Below, piece after piece: positions 1-8,793 of a stretch of 49,692 nt of DNA. How positions within the stretch are numbered: position 1 is the stretch's first letter; the number at the start of each line of letters is the position of its first letter. Under the pieces are notes generated by a model, which saw only the letters and a list, made by a program, of their open reading frames with translations, did no database searches and was not told the origin of the DNA. The stretch spans positions 1-49,692 of the IMG/VR virus record IMGVR_UViG_3300049137_000083; one strand, given 5' to 3'. Made by a program: the position numbers and the translations under genes. The DNA is from a virus. Its lineage: Duplodnaviria; Caudoviricetes.

Positions 1-9
1 GGGCATGGG

Positions 10-162
10 TCAGATGGCTGTGGTGATGACGGGCAGCGTGTAGGCGAGGAGCGCGAGGCCGGCGCCGAGGAGCGCGAGCGACACCCGTGAGGGGATACCG
101 AACGCGGCGAGGACGATCAGGATCACGCCAGCGATGTAGAGGATCGCCTGAAGGATGTGCAT
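10..162 (-). CDS. small membrane protein (50 aa, MHILQAILYIAGVILIVLAAFGIPSRVSLALLGAGLALLAYTLPVITTAI)
   Basis: ATG at 162 with GGAGG RBS upstream, TGA at 10-12, two hydrophobic segments; not in the supplied ORF track. A further ATG-CCC at 6..1 begins a gene truncated by the window edge. Confidence 0.7.
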   Translation of the reverse strand: MHILQAILYIAGVILIVLAAFGIPSRVSLALLGAGLALLAYTLPVITTAI

Positions 163-205
163 GTTGGCCTCCTACCGAACGAGGTACACCGTTTAGGGTT
201 TGCTG

Positions 206-676
206 ATGGAATCCAATGACTGGATCTCGTCGGGCATTGCCCTCGGGGCGTTGCTTGTTGCGATCCTGGCGCTGATCGTCAGTGTCAAATCGGCGAACGC
301 GGCTGAAGATTCAGCCGAGGCATCGAAGGAGAGTGCGTCCACGGCTGGGCGGCAGCACGAGCTTGACCTTGCCAGGGACGGGATCGTCGAGTTCGGTCCG
401 TGGAGAGCGGAGTCCGCTACTGACTCTCTTGAATGGCAGTTCATCAACCTTGGAGATGAGCCGCTGTTTGGGCTTGGGCTGAGTGGAGGCAGGTACCGGT
501 GGCAGGTCGGCTCCACGAATGAAGGTGTTCCGCCGCTTGAAGCGACAAGGGTCAAGATGGCTGCGGGGGCGCAAGGACCGGCGTCTCACCGTGCGACTGT
601 GGTGTGGCGTGTGGGATCCGATGATGCGCCTGAGGTTGAGCAGGTCGTTTGGCTGCGCCGGAGGCAGCGCCGCTGA
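206..676 (+). CDS. membrane-anchored hypothetical protein (moron-like)
   Basis: N-terminal TM helix (WISSGIALGALLVAILALIVSV); opposite strand to neighbours; TAGGGT -10 at 194-199 directly before ATG 206 (leaderless); more A/T-ending codons than flanking genes. Confidence 0.7.
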   Translation: MESNDWISSGIALGALLVAILALIVSVKSANAAEDSAEASKESASTAGRQHELDLARDGIVEFGPWRAESATDSLEWQFINLGDEPLFGLGLSGGRYRWQVGSTNEGVPPLEATRVKMAAGAQGPASHRATVVWRVGSDDAPEVEQVVWLRRRQRR

Positions 677-681
677 CTTGG

Positions 682-948
682 TTAGGCGTGCGCGGGCTGG
701 AGTGAGCGCCGGTGTGAGCGTTGGGTTTGCTCACGGGCGGCCTTTTCGGCGCATCGGAGGTCTGATAGCCAGTATCGGGCGCCGTCGCGGGGGCCTTCGA
801 AGTCGGCGGGTTCGAGCGTGCGCTGGTTGCCGTTGTGATCGGTCCAGGTGACGCCACGTCGAGCCCAGTTGTGGATCGCTTGGGGGGTGACGCCGAACCA
901 TCCTGCGACGGCCCTGGGGGAGACGGGTTGTTCGGGTTCGGTGTTCAT
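682..948 (-). CDS. helix-turn-helix DNA-binding protein (MerR/excisionase-like)
   Basis: SPRAVAGWFGVTPQAIHNWARRG HTH and 'ARYWLSDL' wing; GGAGG RBS. Confidence 0.7.
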   Translation of the reverse strand: MNTEPEQPVSPRAVAGWFGVTPQAIHNWARRGVTWTDHNGNQRTLEPADFEGPRDGARYWLSDLRCAEKAAREQTQRSHRRSLQPAHA

Positions 949-965
949 GTCGCCTCCCGTATATG

Positions 966-1001
966 ACGAAACCCCGCCTGGTTAGGGGCGGGGTTGGTCG
1001 T
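966..1001 (-). terminator. hairpin in the leader of the putative late transcript
   Basis: AACCCCGCC (970-978) / GGCGGGGTT (987-995) inverted repeat; reads ...GGCGGGGTTTCGTCAT on the minus strand. Confidence 0.55.
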
Positions 1002-1031
1002 GTTCAGGGCACAGCACAGCTATCTAGGTCG

Positions 1032-1060
1032 ATGGTAACGCGAGATGTTGACACCGTCAA
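1032..1060 (-). promoter_or_regulatory. sigma70/HrdB-type promoter, candidate late promoter
   Basis: minus strand TTGACG (1060-1055) - 17 bp - TACCAT (1037-1032); the -35 is half of the palindrome TTGAC-acc-GTCAA (1048-1060). Confidence 0.6.
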
Positions 1061-1620
1061 GCGGGGTCGCTGTTTTCCGGTGGGGGCTTGAGGAAGTGGC
1101 GGCGGGCGATGTCCGGCTTGCGGGCCTTGGCGATCCGTTTCCGTTCGCCGCGGTGCTTTCTCGGGTAGCGGAGGATCTCGTATGCGTCGATGAAACCGTC
1201 CAGCCGCTCGTTGTACTCGTCGATGGTCCGCGCTTCCCAGAGGCCCTTGAGGTGTGATTGGAAATTCTCGGCGGCGGCGAGGTCTATCTCCTCAATGTCG
1301 TACCGGAGCTCATCGATCAGTTTCCCGAACGGTGACATTGCTCCTGCGATCGTGCGCGCGGAGTTGCGCTGGAATGCATCGAACTGGGTGTCGGCGATGG
1401 TCTTCATGGCTTCGTCGGCGCGTTGTTGCAGGCGTCGGCGGTTGTGGCGTTGGGTGAGGTATTCGGCTTCGCGGAGTCTTGTGTAGGGACCGAGGAACCA
1501 TCCGAGGAAGAACAGGGCGGCGCCGACGATGACCGGGTAGGCGAAGTCGACGAACCAGTTGGATTCTTTCTGGGCTTCCTCGACGATGATTTGGATCGGT
1601 TCGGGGTTCACGGTCGCCAC
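1057..1620 (-). CDS. hypothetical membrane protein
   Basis: 187 aa ORF, one TM segment near the N terminus, start overlaps upstream gene. Confidence 0.65.
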   Translation of the reverse strand: MATVNPEPIQIIVEEAQKESNWFVDFAYPVIVGAALFFLGWFLGPYTRLREAEYLTQRHNRRRLQQRADEAMKTIADTQFDAFQRNSARTIAGAMSPFGKLIDELRYDIEEIDLAAAENFQSHLKGLWEARTIDEYNERLDGFIDAYEILRYPRKHRGERKRIAKARKPDIARRHFLKPPPENSDPA

Positions 1621-2030
1621 TCTTCTTGGTAGTCGGGGTGGTCGCTGTAGACGGCGGCGAGCTGTCGGATGATCATGTCTCCGACGTAGGGATCGGTCGT
1701 CGTGTCTCGCGGCCTGACGGCACGGTCGATGTCTACTGACATGTCGAGGCCGGACGCTTCGTCTGCGAGCTCCATGATCGCCCGCTTGGCCTCGACCTCG
1801 CGGAGGGCACGGGCCGGGTCATGGCGCTCGGCATGTTCCCACACGTCGTCCTGCCTGTAATTCTCCGTGCAAGCCAAGGACTCCGCGAACGGCGTAGGGC
1901 TGTCATCGAGAAACATGAGCAGGGAGTTGTTCGCCATCCATCGATGCGACGAGACGGCCGTCGCCTTCCGGGCGACGGCCTCGTCCTTTGCCAGTTGTTC
2001 GCGGAGGAAGTCGACGATGGAGAGGGTCAC
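1608..2030 (-). CDS. DUF6221 family protein
   Basis: FLREQLAKDE...HDPARALREVEAKRAI...LAAVYSDHPDYQEEWRP signature. Confidence 0.85.
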   Translation of the reverse strand: MTLSIVDFLREQLAKDEAVARKATAVSSHRWMANNSLLMFLDDSPTPFAESLACTENYRQDDVWEHAERHDPARALREVEAKRAIMELADEASGLDMSVDIDRAVRPRDTTTDPYVGDMIIRQLAAVYSDHPDYQEEWRP

Positions 2031-2404
2031 GACTGTTCCAGCTTGTCGATGACGCGGAAGATGGCCTCGAACCGTCTGGTGTCCCTGTCGTCCGGGGGCA
2101 TCGGCGGCCAGTCCTTGGGCCGGACCGCAGGGCTGTCGTGGAGCTGCTCCCAGATCTGCTCGATTTCGAGGCCTACGGTCCGGATCGCTCGACGCTGATC
2201 GGGTTCCAGGAACTCGACGCCGGGGTGCTTCACGACGCTGCCGTCGGTCAGGACGAACTCGAACCGGTCGAAGTCGAGCCCGTCGAGCCGTTCCCGGATC
2301 TCAGCGACGTCTCTGGGGTTGAGCCCGAGTTCGATGGCGTACGCCCGGGATTCCATGAGGTACCGGACCCGTTCAGGGGTCGGGTAAGGCTGCTGATCGG
2401 TCAT
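2027..2404 (-). CDS. hypothetical protein
   Basis: 125 aa ORF, RBS, GTGA overlap with next gene. Confidence 0.65.
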   Translation of the reverse strand: MTDQQPYPTPERVRYLMESRAYAIELGLNPRDVAEIRERLDGLDFDRFEFVLTDGSVVKHPGVEFLEPDQRRAIRTVGLEIEQIWEQLHDSPAVRPKDWPPMPPDDRDTRRFEAIFRVIDKLEQS

Positions 2405-2440
2405 GGTTCATTCTACCTCTCTGGCAAGTGTTTTGGCTGT

Positions 2441-2638
2441 TCAGGACGATTCTCTGAGGTTCAATCCGCACGCAGCGCAGATGTCCATATCGCCTATTCC
2501 AGAGAGAGTCCGGACGTCGACCGTGTGCTCGTGGCTGCACGCAGCCTGGCGGGCCTCCCGCTTCAGCCGCTTGGTTTCCCGCTCCACTAGGTCCAACGCT
2601 TCTTGGACGCGCGGCGGGTAGGCGAACTCGTCGATCAT
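2441..2638 (-). CDS. small hypothetical protein, possible Zn-binding (CxH...CxxC)
   Basis: MIDEFAYPP... ATG at 2638, ATGA overlap with upstream stop. Confidence 0.6.
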   Translation of the reverse strand: MIDEFAYPPRVQEALDLVERETKRLKREARQAACSHEHTVDVRTLSGIGDMDICAACGLNLRESS

Positions 2639-3321
2639 GCCGCCCCCTGTGTGCGGGCGATAGCGTCGGTGAGCGCGTCGGCCCAATCCCCCGAGTACTG
2701 GGAGCAGTTGGTGCACACGGTTTGGCCGTCGACGCGGACGAGCGCGATGTGCCCGCACTTCTTGCACGGCGTCGCGGGCAACGGCTCCGGGTCACGAGAC
2801 CGGTTGTTCCCGTTCAGGGAGTGGAGTCGGCCGCACAACTGCCGGATCTCGTCAGCGTTGTCCCCGATCGAATCCGGGAGCCGCTCACACGCCCAGTCGA
2901 GCCGGTCCGCGAGCCACGCGCACAGGTTGACGACGGTCGGGACCGGGCGGTGCTCGCGGAGGCCGCGGCCCCGGCGCACTTCGAGCCACTCCTTCGCGAT
3001 CGCATCCAACACCGCCGCCGCGGGCCGTTCACCCACCTGATCCCGGAACGGGTCATGGATCATCTCGTCGGCCAGCAGGGAGACGGGCAGGATCTGGTCG
3101 AGGACATCGACCCTCGCACCGATCGGTGCCTCCCTGGAGCCCGTGACCTTCTCGCCGGCCGACCCGCTCGGCGTGGGGTCCAACAGGAGCCACTGCTCGG
3201 CGGTCCCTTCGAGGTGGCGTTTCATCCGATTCCGGCAGGCGAAGCACGCGTACTCATGCTCGTAGTGGACGGCCTCCTGCCCGTAGACCGGGCAGAGTTT
3301 GCAGAGGTGTGCGGTCTTCAT
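2635..3321 (-). CDS. multi-CxxC zinc-finger protein, candidate late-gene regulator
   Basis: four CxxC pairs (CKLC, CFAC, CKKC, CTNC) and WLADRLDWAC motif; position near the end of the early operon is typical of actinophage regulators. Confidence 0.6.
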   Translation of the reverse strand: MKTAHLCKLCPVYGQEAVHYEHEYACFACRNRMKRHLEGTAEQWLLLDPTPSGSAGEKVTGSREAPIGARVDVLDQILPVSLLADEMIHDPFRDQVGERPAAAVLDAIAKEWLEVRRGRGLREHRPVPTVVNLCAWLADRLDWACERLPDSIGDNADEIRQLCGRLHSLNGNNRSRDPEPLPATPCKKCGHIALVRVDGQTVCTNCSQYSGDWADALTDAIARTQGAA

Positions 3322-3372
3322 GGTTCCCCCGTAGTGTGGACGATCGATGGTGTCAGGACGGGCCGTGCATTG

Positions 3373-3747
3373 TTATTCGTCTTCGGATCGTGCGAAGTAG
3401 CCCGCGAGGCTGTCGATTCGATCCGCGGTCCAGCATCCGGTGAGCTGGTCGACGCGGCCCTTCAATTCGTCGTGGCGCATAGCGGCGGCGGCGAGTGAGA
3501 TCCACGAGCTTTCAATGGGCTCCGTGTCGGTGTGAGCGCAGCGGCTGCTGGGCGGGCAGTAGAAGGTGTTGTAGTAGTTCCCGTAAACGATGAGGTCGCA
3601 GGTGCGGTGGTGGGCGATAACGCGTGAGTGGTCGGCGATGGCGGCGAGGGCTTGTTCCGGCCGGTTCCATTCCCAACCGTTGTCCCCGGTGGCGACTTCG
3701 AGCGCAGGTGCGTGGGAGACGCAGAGAATGCGGTAGCTGATGCTCAT
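3373..3747 (-). CDS. hypothetical protein
   Basis: MSISYRILCVSHAP... with GAGGA RBS. Confidence 0.6.
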   Translation of the reverse strand: MSISYRILCVSHAPALEVATGDNGWEWNRPEQALAAIADHSRVIAHHRTCDLIVYGNYYNTFYCPPSSRCAHTDTEPIESSWISLAAAAMRHDELKGRVDQLTGCWTADRIDSLAGYFARSEDE

Positions 3748-3763
3748 GTGGTTCCTCTCGCGG

Positions 3764-4081
3764 TTAGTCGGCGGGTTCGGCGTCGATGACGGTGTTGTTG
3801 ATGCCGGTGGTGGTGAACGTGTAGGTCTCGCCCGCCTCGATGGACCGGTACAACTCGATGGAGTCCCACGCCCAGTAGGTCGGGACATCGCGGAGGTCGA
3901 GGACCCCGCAGGTGGTGTGGAGGCGGTAGCCGCGGACTTGGCCGTCCATGTTGTAGACCCGGTCTGTGTCGATCACGGTGCAGGTCATGGTGGTTTCAGT
4001 CGCCCGGTGGTAGCCGGAGCTCAGCGCGCAGAGCCCGAGCAGGGCGCTCAATGCGATCGCGGTTTTCGTGGTGGTGCGCAT
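3764..4081 (-). CDS. secreted/membrane-anchored protein of a common actinophage type
   Basis: signal-like N terminus, CTVIDTDR...TTCGVL...YTFTTTG; AGGAG RBS. Confidence 0.7.
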   Translation of the reverse strand: MRTTTKTAIALSALLGLCALSSGYHRATETTMTCTVIDTDRVYNMDGQVRGYRLHTTCGVLDLRDVPTYWAWDSIELYRSIEAGETYTFTTTGINNTVIDAEPAD

Positions 4082-4180
4082 CGGTGTCTCCTATCGGTGT
4101 CTCGGGCTACACGCTGTGACTGGGCTGTGTGGACATCCTCTGTTCGGGTGAGGCGCGGGTGCCGGACCGCGCCGCCTCCA

Positions 4181-4393
4181 TCAGTTCCGCCCAAAGGGGA
4201 GTCGGTCGCCGCAGTACATGCGGGTCCCGTCGGGGTCGTGCGGGTCGGTCGGGTAGGTGACAGCGCGGTCGCTCTTCGGCAGTGGCTTGCGCGGCGGCTC
4301 CCAACCTGGGGCCCAGTCGTGCTCGCCGAGGCCGGCGATGTAGCGGGGGCCGTCGTGCGGTTGGTCGCAGAGGCGGCAGGGATCAGCGGGCAT
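4181..4393 (-). CDS. small hypothetical protein
   Basis: MPADPCRLCDQPH... ATG at 4393 with GGAGG RBS. Confidence 0.55.
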   Translation of the reverse strand: MPADPCRLCDQPHDGPRYIAGLGEHDWAPGWEPPRKPLPKSDRAVTYPTDPHDPDGTRMYCGDRLPFGRN

Positions 4394-5201
4394 CGGTGCC
4401 TCCGGTTTCGCCGAGGGCGGCGGGGAGTCCGGCGGCTTCGCGGCGACGCCGCCACTCGACCACGGTGACCATCCGGATCGACGCCTGAACTTGCTCCGTC
4501 CCACGCTCGGAGGTCGTGAGGTTCATGACCTTCATCGGCTGGCCTTCGTAGTGGAAGCCTTCGGGAGTGAGGACCAGATCCGGGACTGGTGTGTCGACGG
4601 CGGCGAGCTTGGCGGCCAGGGCGTCGCGTTGGGACGTGATCTCGTCGACCCGCTCGGACAGGGTCATGGCGTTCTCGATGGCCCGGTTGCGGCCCGCGCG
4701 GAGTTGCTTCGCTTCGCGTTCGGCCGTCTCGCACCGGCCCTGGAAGCTCAGCGACCGCTGCCGTTCGTCGGCCAGTTGCTGTTCCAGGTCCCGGATTTGG
4801 TTGTTCGCGGTGCGGGCGACCGCGGCGGCGGTCTCCTGGACGCGTTCGAGGACCTCGGTATCGGTGAACAGGCGGGCCTCAGGTGCCGGCGCGGACCGGA
4901 CGTCCCGTGCGGCGTCGTGGTGTCCGAGGCGGTCGAGGGAGGTGGCGACCTCGCGGTAGTGGACGGGGCGGAGGGCCGCGTCGCTCTCGCGGGCGTACTG
5001 GGCGACGTCCTCGCGGGAGCCGATGTCGGTGTAGCGAACCTCGTTGTCCCAGTCGTCGCCGACGAGGACGCGCGCGACGATGTCCACCGGGTTCTCGGCC
5101 TGTGCGTCCCTGTGGCGGTTCAGGCCACCCGTACCCGTCTCCGGGCCTGCGGGAGGCTCCACGGGCTCCACAGCGGGCAGATGGGGCGTCTCTGCGGTCA
5201 T
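4383..5201 (-). CDS. coiled-coil hypothetical protein
   Basis: 272 aa, heptad-rich middle, ATGA coupling. Confidence 0.65.
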   Translation of the reverse strand: MTAETPHLPAVEPVEPPAGPETGTGGLNRHRDAQAENPVDIVARVLVGDDWDNEVRYTDIGSREDVAQYARESDAALRPVHYREVATSLDRLGHHDAARDVRSAPAPEARLFTDTEVLERVQETAAAVARTANNQIRDLEQQLADERQRSLSFQGRCETAEREAKQLRAGRNRAIENAMTLSERVDEITSQRDALAAKLAAVDTPVPDLVLTPEGFHYEGQPMKVMNLTTSERGTEQVQASIRMVTVVEWRRRREAAGLPAALGETGGTDAR

Positions 5202-5728
5202 GCTGCGGCCTCCAGCTCTTCAAGGAGGCTGCCCTGCCCGGGCGGCTCGGGTGCGGGCTCCCGCCGGGTGGGCTTCTGCGGCGCGGGGTCGGTCTTCGTG
5301 CCGCGAAGCTCGGCGATCTCCATGCGAGCCAAGGTCAGTTCGGTCTTGAGGTACCCGATCAGTGCGGCGGACTCGGCGTCGACCTCGGCGTGCACTCCGG
5401 ACAGGGCCGGGGCGAGGGACCCGCGCAGGTAGGTCGAGATCGCGGCCACGAGCTCATCGGCGCTCTTGGACTTCCATGCGTCGTGGTTGGTGTACCCGCC
5501 GCTCTTGCCCGGACCGGCCTGGTTGGCGAGGACGTGGTGGATGTCTGAGGCGATCCTCGTGTGCAGATACTCGTTGGCGGCGGTCGTATGCTCGTCGTCC
5601 CAGATGGGGTGGATCTTGCGGTGCGCTTCGAGGGCGCGGGCCATGCCGGCCCTGACGTCCTCCGCAATTCGCGGGTTCAAGGGCGCCTGCTCGGCGATCC
5701 GGTCGGCGGGCGGGTTGGTGTCGGTCAT
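5198..5728 (-). CDS. hypothetical protein
   Basis: 176 aa, ATGA coupling at both ends. Confidence 0.65.
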   Translation of the reverse strand: MTDTNPPADRIAEQAPLNPRIAEDVRAGMARALEAHRKIHPIWDDEHTTAANEYLHTRIASDIHHVLANQAGPGKSGGYTNHDAWKSKSADELVAAISTYLRGSLAPALSGVHAEVDAESAALIGYLKTELTLARMEIAELRGTKTDPAPQKPTRREPAPEPPGQGSLLEELEAAA

Positions 5729-5958
5729 GAGATGTCTCCGGTCTTGATGGCGGCGGCGAGAGCGTCAAGCTCGTCAGCAGCCTCGGCAAGCGTGGTCGGG
5801 ACCTTCGGGCCGCAGGCGTCGCGGGCGTCCCCATCGATGAGGTCGCGCAGCCACTGGGCGGCGGCGCTGGTCCAGGTGGCGCGGCAGGGCGTGCAGAAGT
5901 CGGCGGCGGGCCCGATCAGGTGCTCGGGGCAGGCGAACTTCCATCGGGTGTCGGTCAT
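5725..5958 (-). CDS. hypothetical protein
   Basis: 77 aa, GGAG RBS, ATGA coupling. Confidence 0.6.
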   Translation of the reverse strand: MTDTRWKFACPEHLIGPAADFCTPCRATWTSAAAQWLRDLIDGDARDACGPKVPTTLAEAADELDALAAAIKTGDIS

Positions 5959-6128
5959 CGGGGGTCTCCCTTGTGCTCGGGGCAGAACGACTCGTCGCGG
6001 CGCGGGTCGAACTCCCAGCCGCCCAACAGGTCACGCCAGTTGTCCACCTTCATCTCGCGGTGGTCGATCATCCAGTCGTCGCAGCCGTCTTCGTGGTCGC
6101 AGGTAAGGATCGGGATCGTGCCTCTCAT
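5955..6128 (-). CDS. small Cys/His protein (57 aa, MRGTIPILTCDHEDGC...FCPEH)
   Basis: ATGA overlaps at both ends, GAGGAG RBS, CD-x-C...CPxH motif; below the ORF-track cutoff. Confidence 0.65.
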   Translation of the reverse strand: MRGTIPILTCDHEDGCDDWMIDHREMKVDNWRDLLGGWEFDPRRDESFCPEHKGDPR

Positions 6129-6415
6129 CGGTTCTCCTCTGAGGTAGTGGTGCGGAGGGCGGCGGCGGTCTTGCGGATCTCGGCAACGAACGGCCAGGCG
6201 CGCTCACCCTTGACGAAGTGCATCTCTTCGAGCCGGATCGCCATGTTCTCCAGCGTCTCGGCGGCGAGGATCGGGCGGACAGCGGCCACGACAGCGCGGG
6301 CCTCGTCGGCGAAGTCGGCGGGTTCCAGCTCCATCGCGATGTCGACGCGGCGGTTGTGGACACGGCACAGCACCCCGGCGGCGGCCTGTTCGGCTTCGGT
6401 CATGGGTTCGGACAT
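6125..6415 (-). CDS. hypothetical protein
   Basis: MSEPMTEAEQ... ATG at 6415, TGATG overlap. Confidence 0.6.
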   Translation of the reverse strand: MSEPMTEAEQAAAGVLCRVHNRRVDIAMELEPADFADEARAVVAAVRPILAAETLENMAIRLEEMHFVKGERAWPFVAEIRKTAAALRTTTSEENR

Positions 6416-6798
6416 CAGGACTCCCCAGCGAAGGCGGAGCGCATGTCGTTCGGGTGATCGACGTAGTAGTCCATCCACGCCGCGGCCTCGTCGAGCCCGT
6501 GTCCGCGCAACAGACGGGCGGCAACCTGGAACGACTGGACGTTGAGGACCGGCGCGACCGCGGCCACCATGGACTCCGCCTGGTGCTTGCGGGCGACTTC
6601 GAGTGTGAGCAGCTCCAGGTACCCGTCCTCGTCGCAGCCGCACGCCCACCCGGTCTCGGCGTCAATGAACTCGAGCACGTGGCAGCCGAACAGGACCGCC
6701 GCGACTTCCTCGACCGTGGTCAGAGGCGGCTCGCAGGTGCAGGGCGCGCCGGAGTCGGCGGCGCATTCGTTGTAGTGGAGCAGGCTTTCGGTGCTCAT
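6415..6798 (-). CDS. hypothetical protein
   Basis: 127 aa, AAAGG RBS, Cys pairs. Confidence 0.6.
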   Translation of the reverse strand: MSTESLLHYNECAADSGAPCTCEPPLTTVEEVAAVLFGCHVLEFIDAETGWACGCDEDGYLELLTLEVARKHQAESMVAAVAPVLNVQSFQVAARLLRGHGLDEAAAWMDYYVDHPNDMRSAFAGES

Positions 6799-6865
6799 CG
6801 GTTGGCCTTTCGGTTCTGGTTGATCTGGGAGAGGAGCTGGGCGCCGCTGGGGCCGAGGAGATGGG

Positions 6866-7423
6866 TCATGACGGGGCTCCGGACTCGCCGTGCTCGAAGC
6901 GGGCCTGCCGAGCCGCGTCGTAGGCCGCCGCGGCGGACGGGCCGGCGTAGTTCACGACCGGCACCAGACAGCCGTCGCGGGCGCCGTCGTCGAAGTAGGT
7001 TGTGGTGCTGGTCTCGGTCAGGACCGTCGGAGAGCCGGGCCCGAAGCCGACCCAGTCGCCGAACACCACCCGTTCGCCCTCATCTACGAAGTAGCTGTGG
7101 AGGGACTGCCAGCCCCAATCCCAGTCCCCGGGCGACTTGGCCTCAGGCAGCGGTCCGAGGATGACGACCCGGGCGCCGCGGGGCAGGTCGTACGCGAAGG
7201 CCTCCATGAGGTCGTAATCCATTGCCTCCTCGTCTCCCTTGACTTCGATCCAGGTCTGCGTGTCGGGGAGTAGGAAGTCAGGCAGGTATCTCCGGCCGGC
7301 GAACTCGAAGCCCTGCGGCTCGTATTGCCAACGGATTCCGAGGTGATCGAAGAACACGGCGTACCGGGCTTCGAGCCGGGACCTGAACCTGTGGCCTGCG
7401 TAGCGGGTTTCGATCGCCTTCAT
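6866..7423 (-). CDS. PD-(D/E)XK endonuclease
   Basis: IETRYAGHRFRSRLEARYAVFFD...YEP...YLPDF...IEVKG motifs; ATGA overlap with dnaB. Confidence 0.8.
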   Translation of the reverse strand: MKAIETRYAGHRFRSRLEARYAVFFDHLGIRWQYEPQGFEFAGRRYLPDFLLPDTQTWIEVKGDEEAMDYDLMEAFAYDLPRGARVVILGPLPEAKSPGDWDWGWQSLHSYFVDEGERVVFGDWVGFGPGSPTVLTETSTTTYFDDGARDGCLVPVVNYAGPSAAAAYDAARQARFEHGESGAPS

Positions 7424-8793
7424 GAGTTGCCTTTCGCGAGGGCGGCAGCGGAGTACGACTTCGGGGCGCAATCCACCAGCCGGGAACGGTGCAGCTGGGC
7501 GACCGCGACGACCGTGTCCTGCTGGCCGTGCCGGTTCTTGTCGACGATCAGGTCGATCTCCGCGCCGCGGGCCGTCGCCTTGTCGTAGTAGGCGGGACGG
7601 TGGAGCAGGATCACCACGTCGGCGTCGTTCTCGATCGATCCCGACTCGCGAAGGTCCGCCATCGTCGGGCGCTTGTCATTCCGGGACTCGGGACCGCGGT
7701 TCAACTGGGCCGCGGCCACGACAGGGATGCCGAGCTCGCCAGCGAGGACCTTGAGGTTGCGGGAGATACCCGCGACCTCCGCCTCTCGGTTGTGGGACTG
7801 CTTGGCGCCGATCATCAACTGGAGGTAGTCGACGACGATCAAGTCGAGGCCGTGTCGCTGCTGCATCCGGCGGGCCCTTGCCCGGAGCGCTTCGATGGTC
7901 AGTCCTGCGGCTTCGACGATGTGCAGCTTCGACATGTCGGACTCGGCGCGGAAATCCATGACGCGGACCCACTCGTCCTCGGTCAGCTCGCCGGCCTTGA
8001 GGGTGCCCAAGTCGATGCCGGTCTCGGCCGAGACGATCCGGCGCCCGAACTCCTGCCTCGACATCTCGAAGCTGAACAGCCCCACCGCCTTGCCCTCACG
8101 GAACGCAGCGTGGCGAGCAAAGTCGCCGCACAGGACGCTCTTGCCCATGCCCGGGCGGCCGGCGACGATGATGAGCTGTCCCGGTCCGAGCCCGCCGAGC
8201 AGCGCGTCCAGGTCGGCGAGGCCGGTCGAAAGGCCTTGCGTTGCGCCTTCAGCAGCGGTCTCGATCGCGGCGATCGTCAGGTCTGCGACATCCGCCCACG
8301 AGCTGGACTCGTCCACAGAGGAGCCGGTTGTGGCTTGGTGAATGTGCGCCTGGACCCGTTCGATGAGTTCGTCGGTCAGGTCATCGTCGAGCTTGTGCGC
8401 CCAGTTGATCCCGCGGGAGCAGGCCTCAATGATCTGCCGCCGAACCGACTTCGCCTTGACCCGCTTGGCGAACCATCCCGCGCTGCCCTGCGCGATGCAA
8501 GATTCAACGAGGTCGTGCAAGTAGGTCGGTGACGGCAGCTTCGACAGGTAACCCTGATCGGCCAGCCTCGCCGCGACAGTCGCCATATCGACGGGTTCGC
8601 TGCTCGCGTCCAGCGACATGATCGCTTCGAAGATCAGACCATGCATCGGGTGGTAGAAGTCGCCAGCATTCAGGAGCGACGACACGTCGATGAGGGCGTC
8701 ACGGCCGAGCATCATCCCGCCGAGGGACGCCATCTCGGACTGCATGTCGTGCGGTGGTACCCGCTGCTGGAACGGATCCATGGGCTCGCTCAT
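7420..8793 (-). CDS. dnaB: replicative DNA helicase
   Basis: N-terminal PPHD..E, Walker A GRPGMGKS, FSFEMS, IVVDYLQL, AQLNR, DLRESGSIENDAD, KNRHG. Confidence 0.97.
   Translation of the reverse strand: MSEPMDPFQQRVPPHDMQSEMASLGGMMLGRDALIDVSSLLNAGDFYHPMHGLIFEAIMSLDASSEPVDMATVAARLADQGYLSKLPSPTYLHDLVESCIAQGSAGWFAKRVKAKSVRRQIIEACSRGINWAHKLDDDLTDELIERVQAHIHQATTGSSVDESSSWADVADLTIAAIETAAEGATQGLSTGLADLDALLGGLGPGQLIIVAGRPGMGKSVLCGDFARHAAFREGKAVGLFSFEMSRQEFGRRIVSAETGIDLGTLKAGELTEDEWVRVMDFRAESDMSKLHIVEAAGLTIEALRARARRMQQRHGLDLIVVDYLQLMIGAKQSHNREAEVAGISRNLKVLAGELGIPVVAAAQLNRGPESRNDKRPTMADLRESGSIENDADVVILLHRPAYYDKATARGAEIDLIVDKNRHGQQDTVVAVAQLHRSRLVDCAPKSYSAAALAKGNS

Noticed and set aside
6795-6869. 24-codon coupled micro-ORF (MTHLLGPSGAQLLSQINQNRKANR); similar one at 4107-4181
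   Set aside because: the overlaps are suggestive but the ORFs are too short and featureless to support
7420-8793. intein in DnaB (also checked terminase)
   Set aside because: normal lengths, no intein splice motifs
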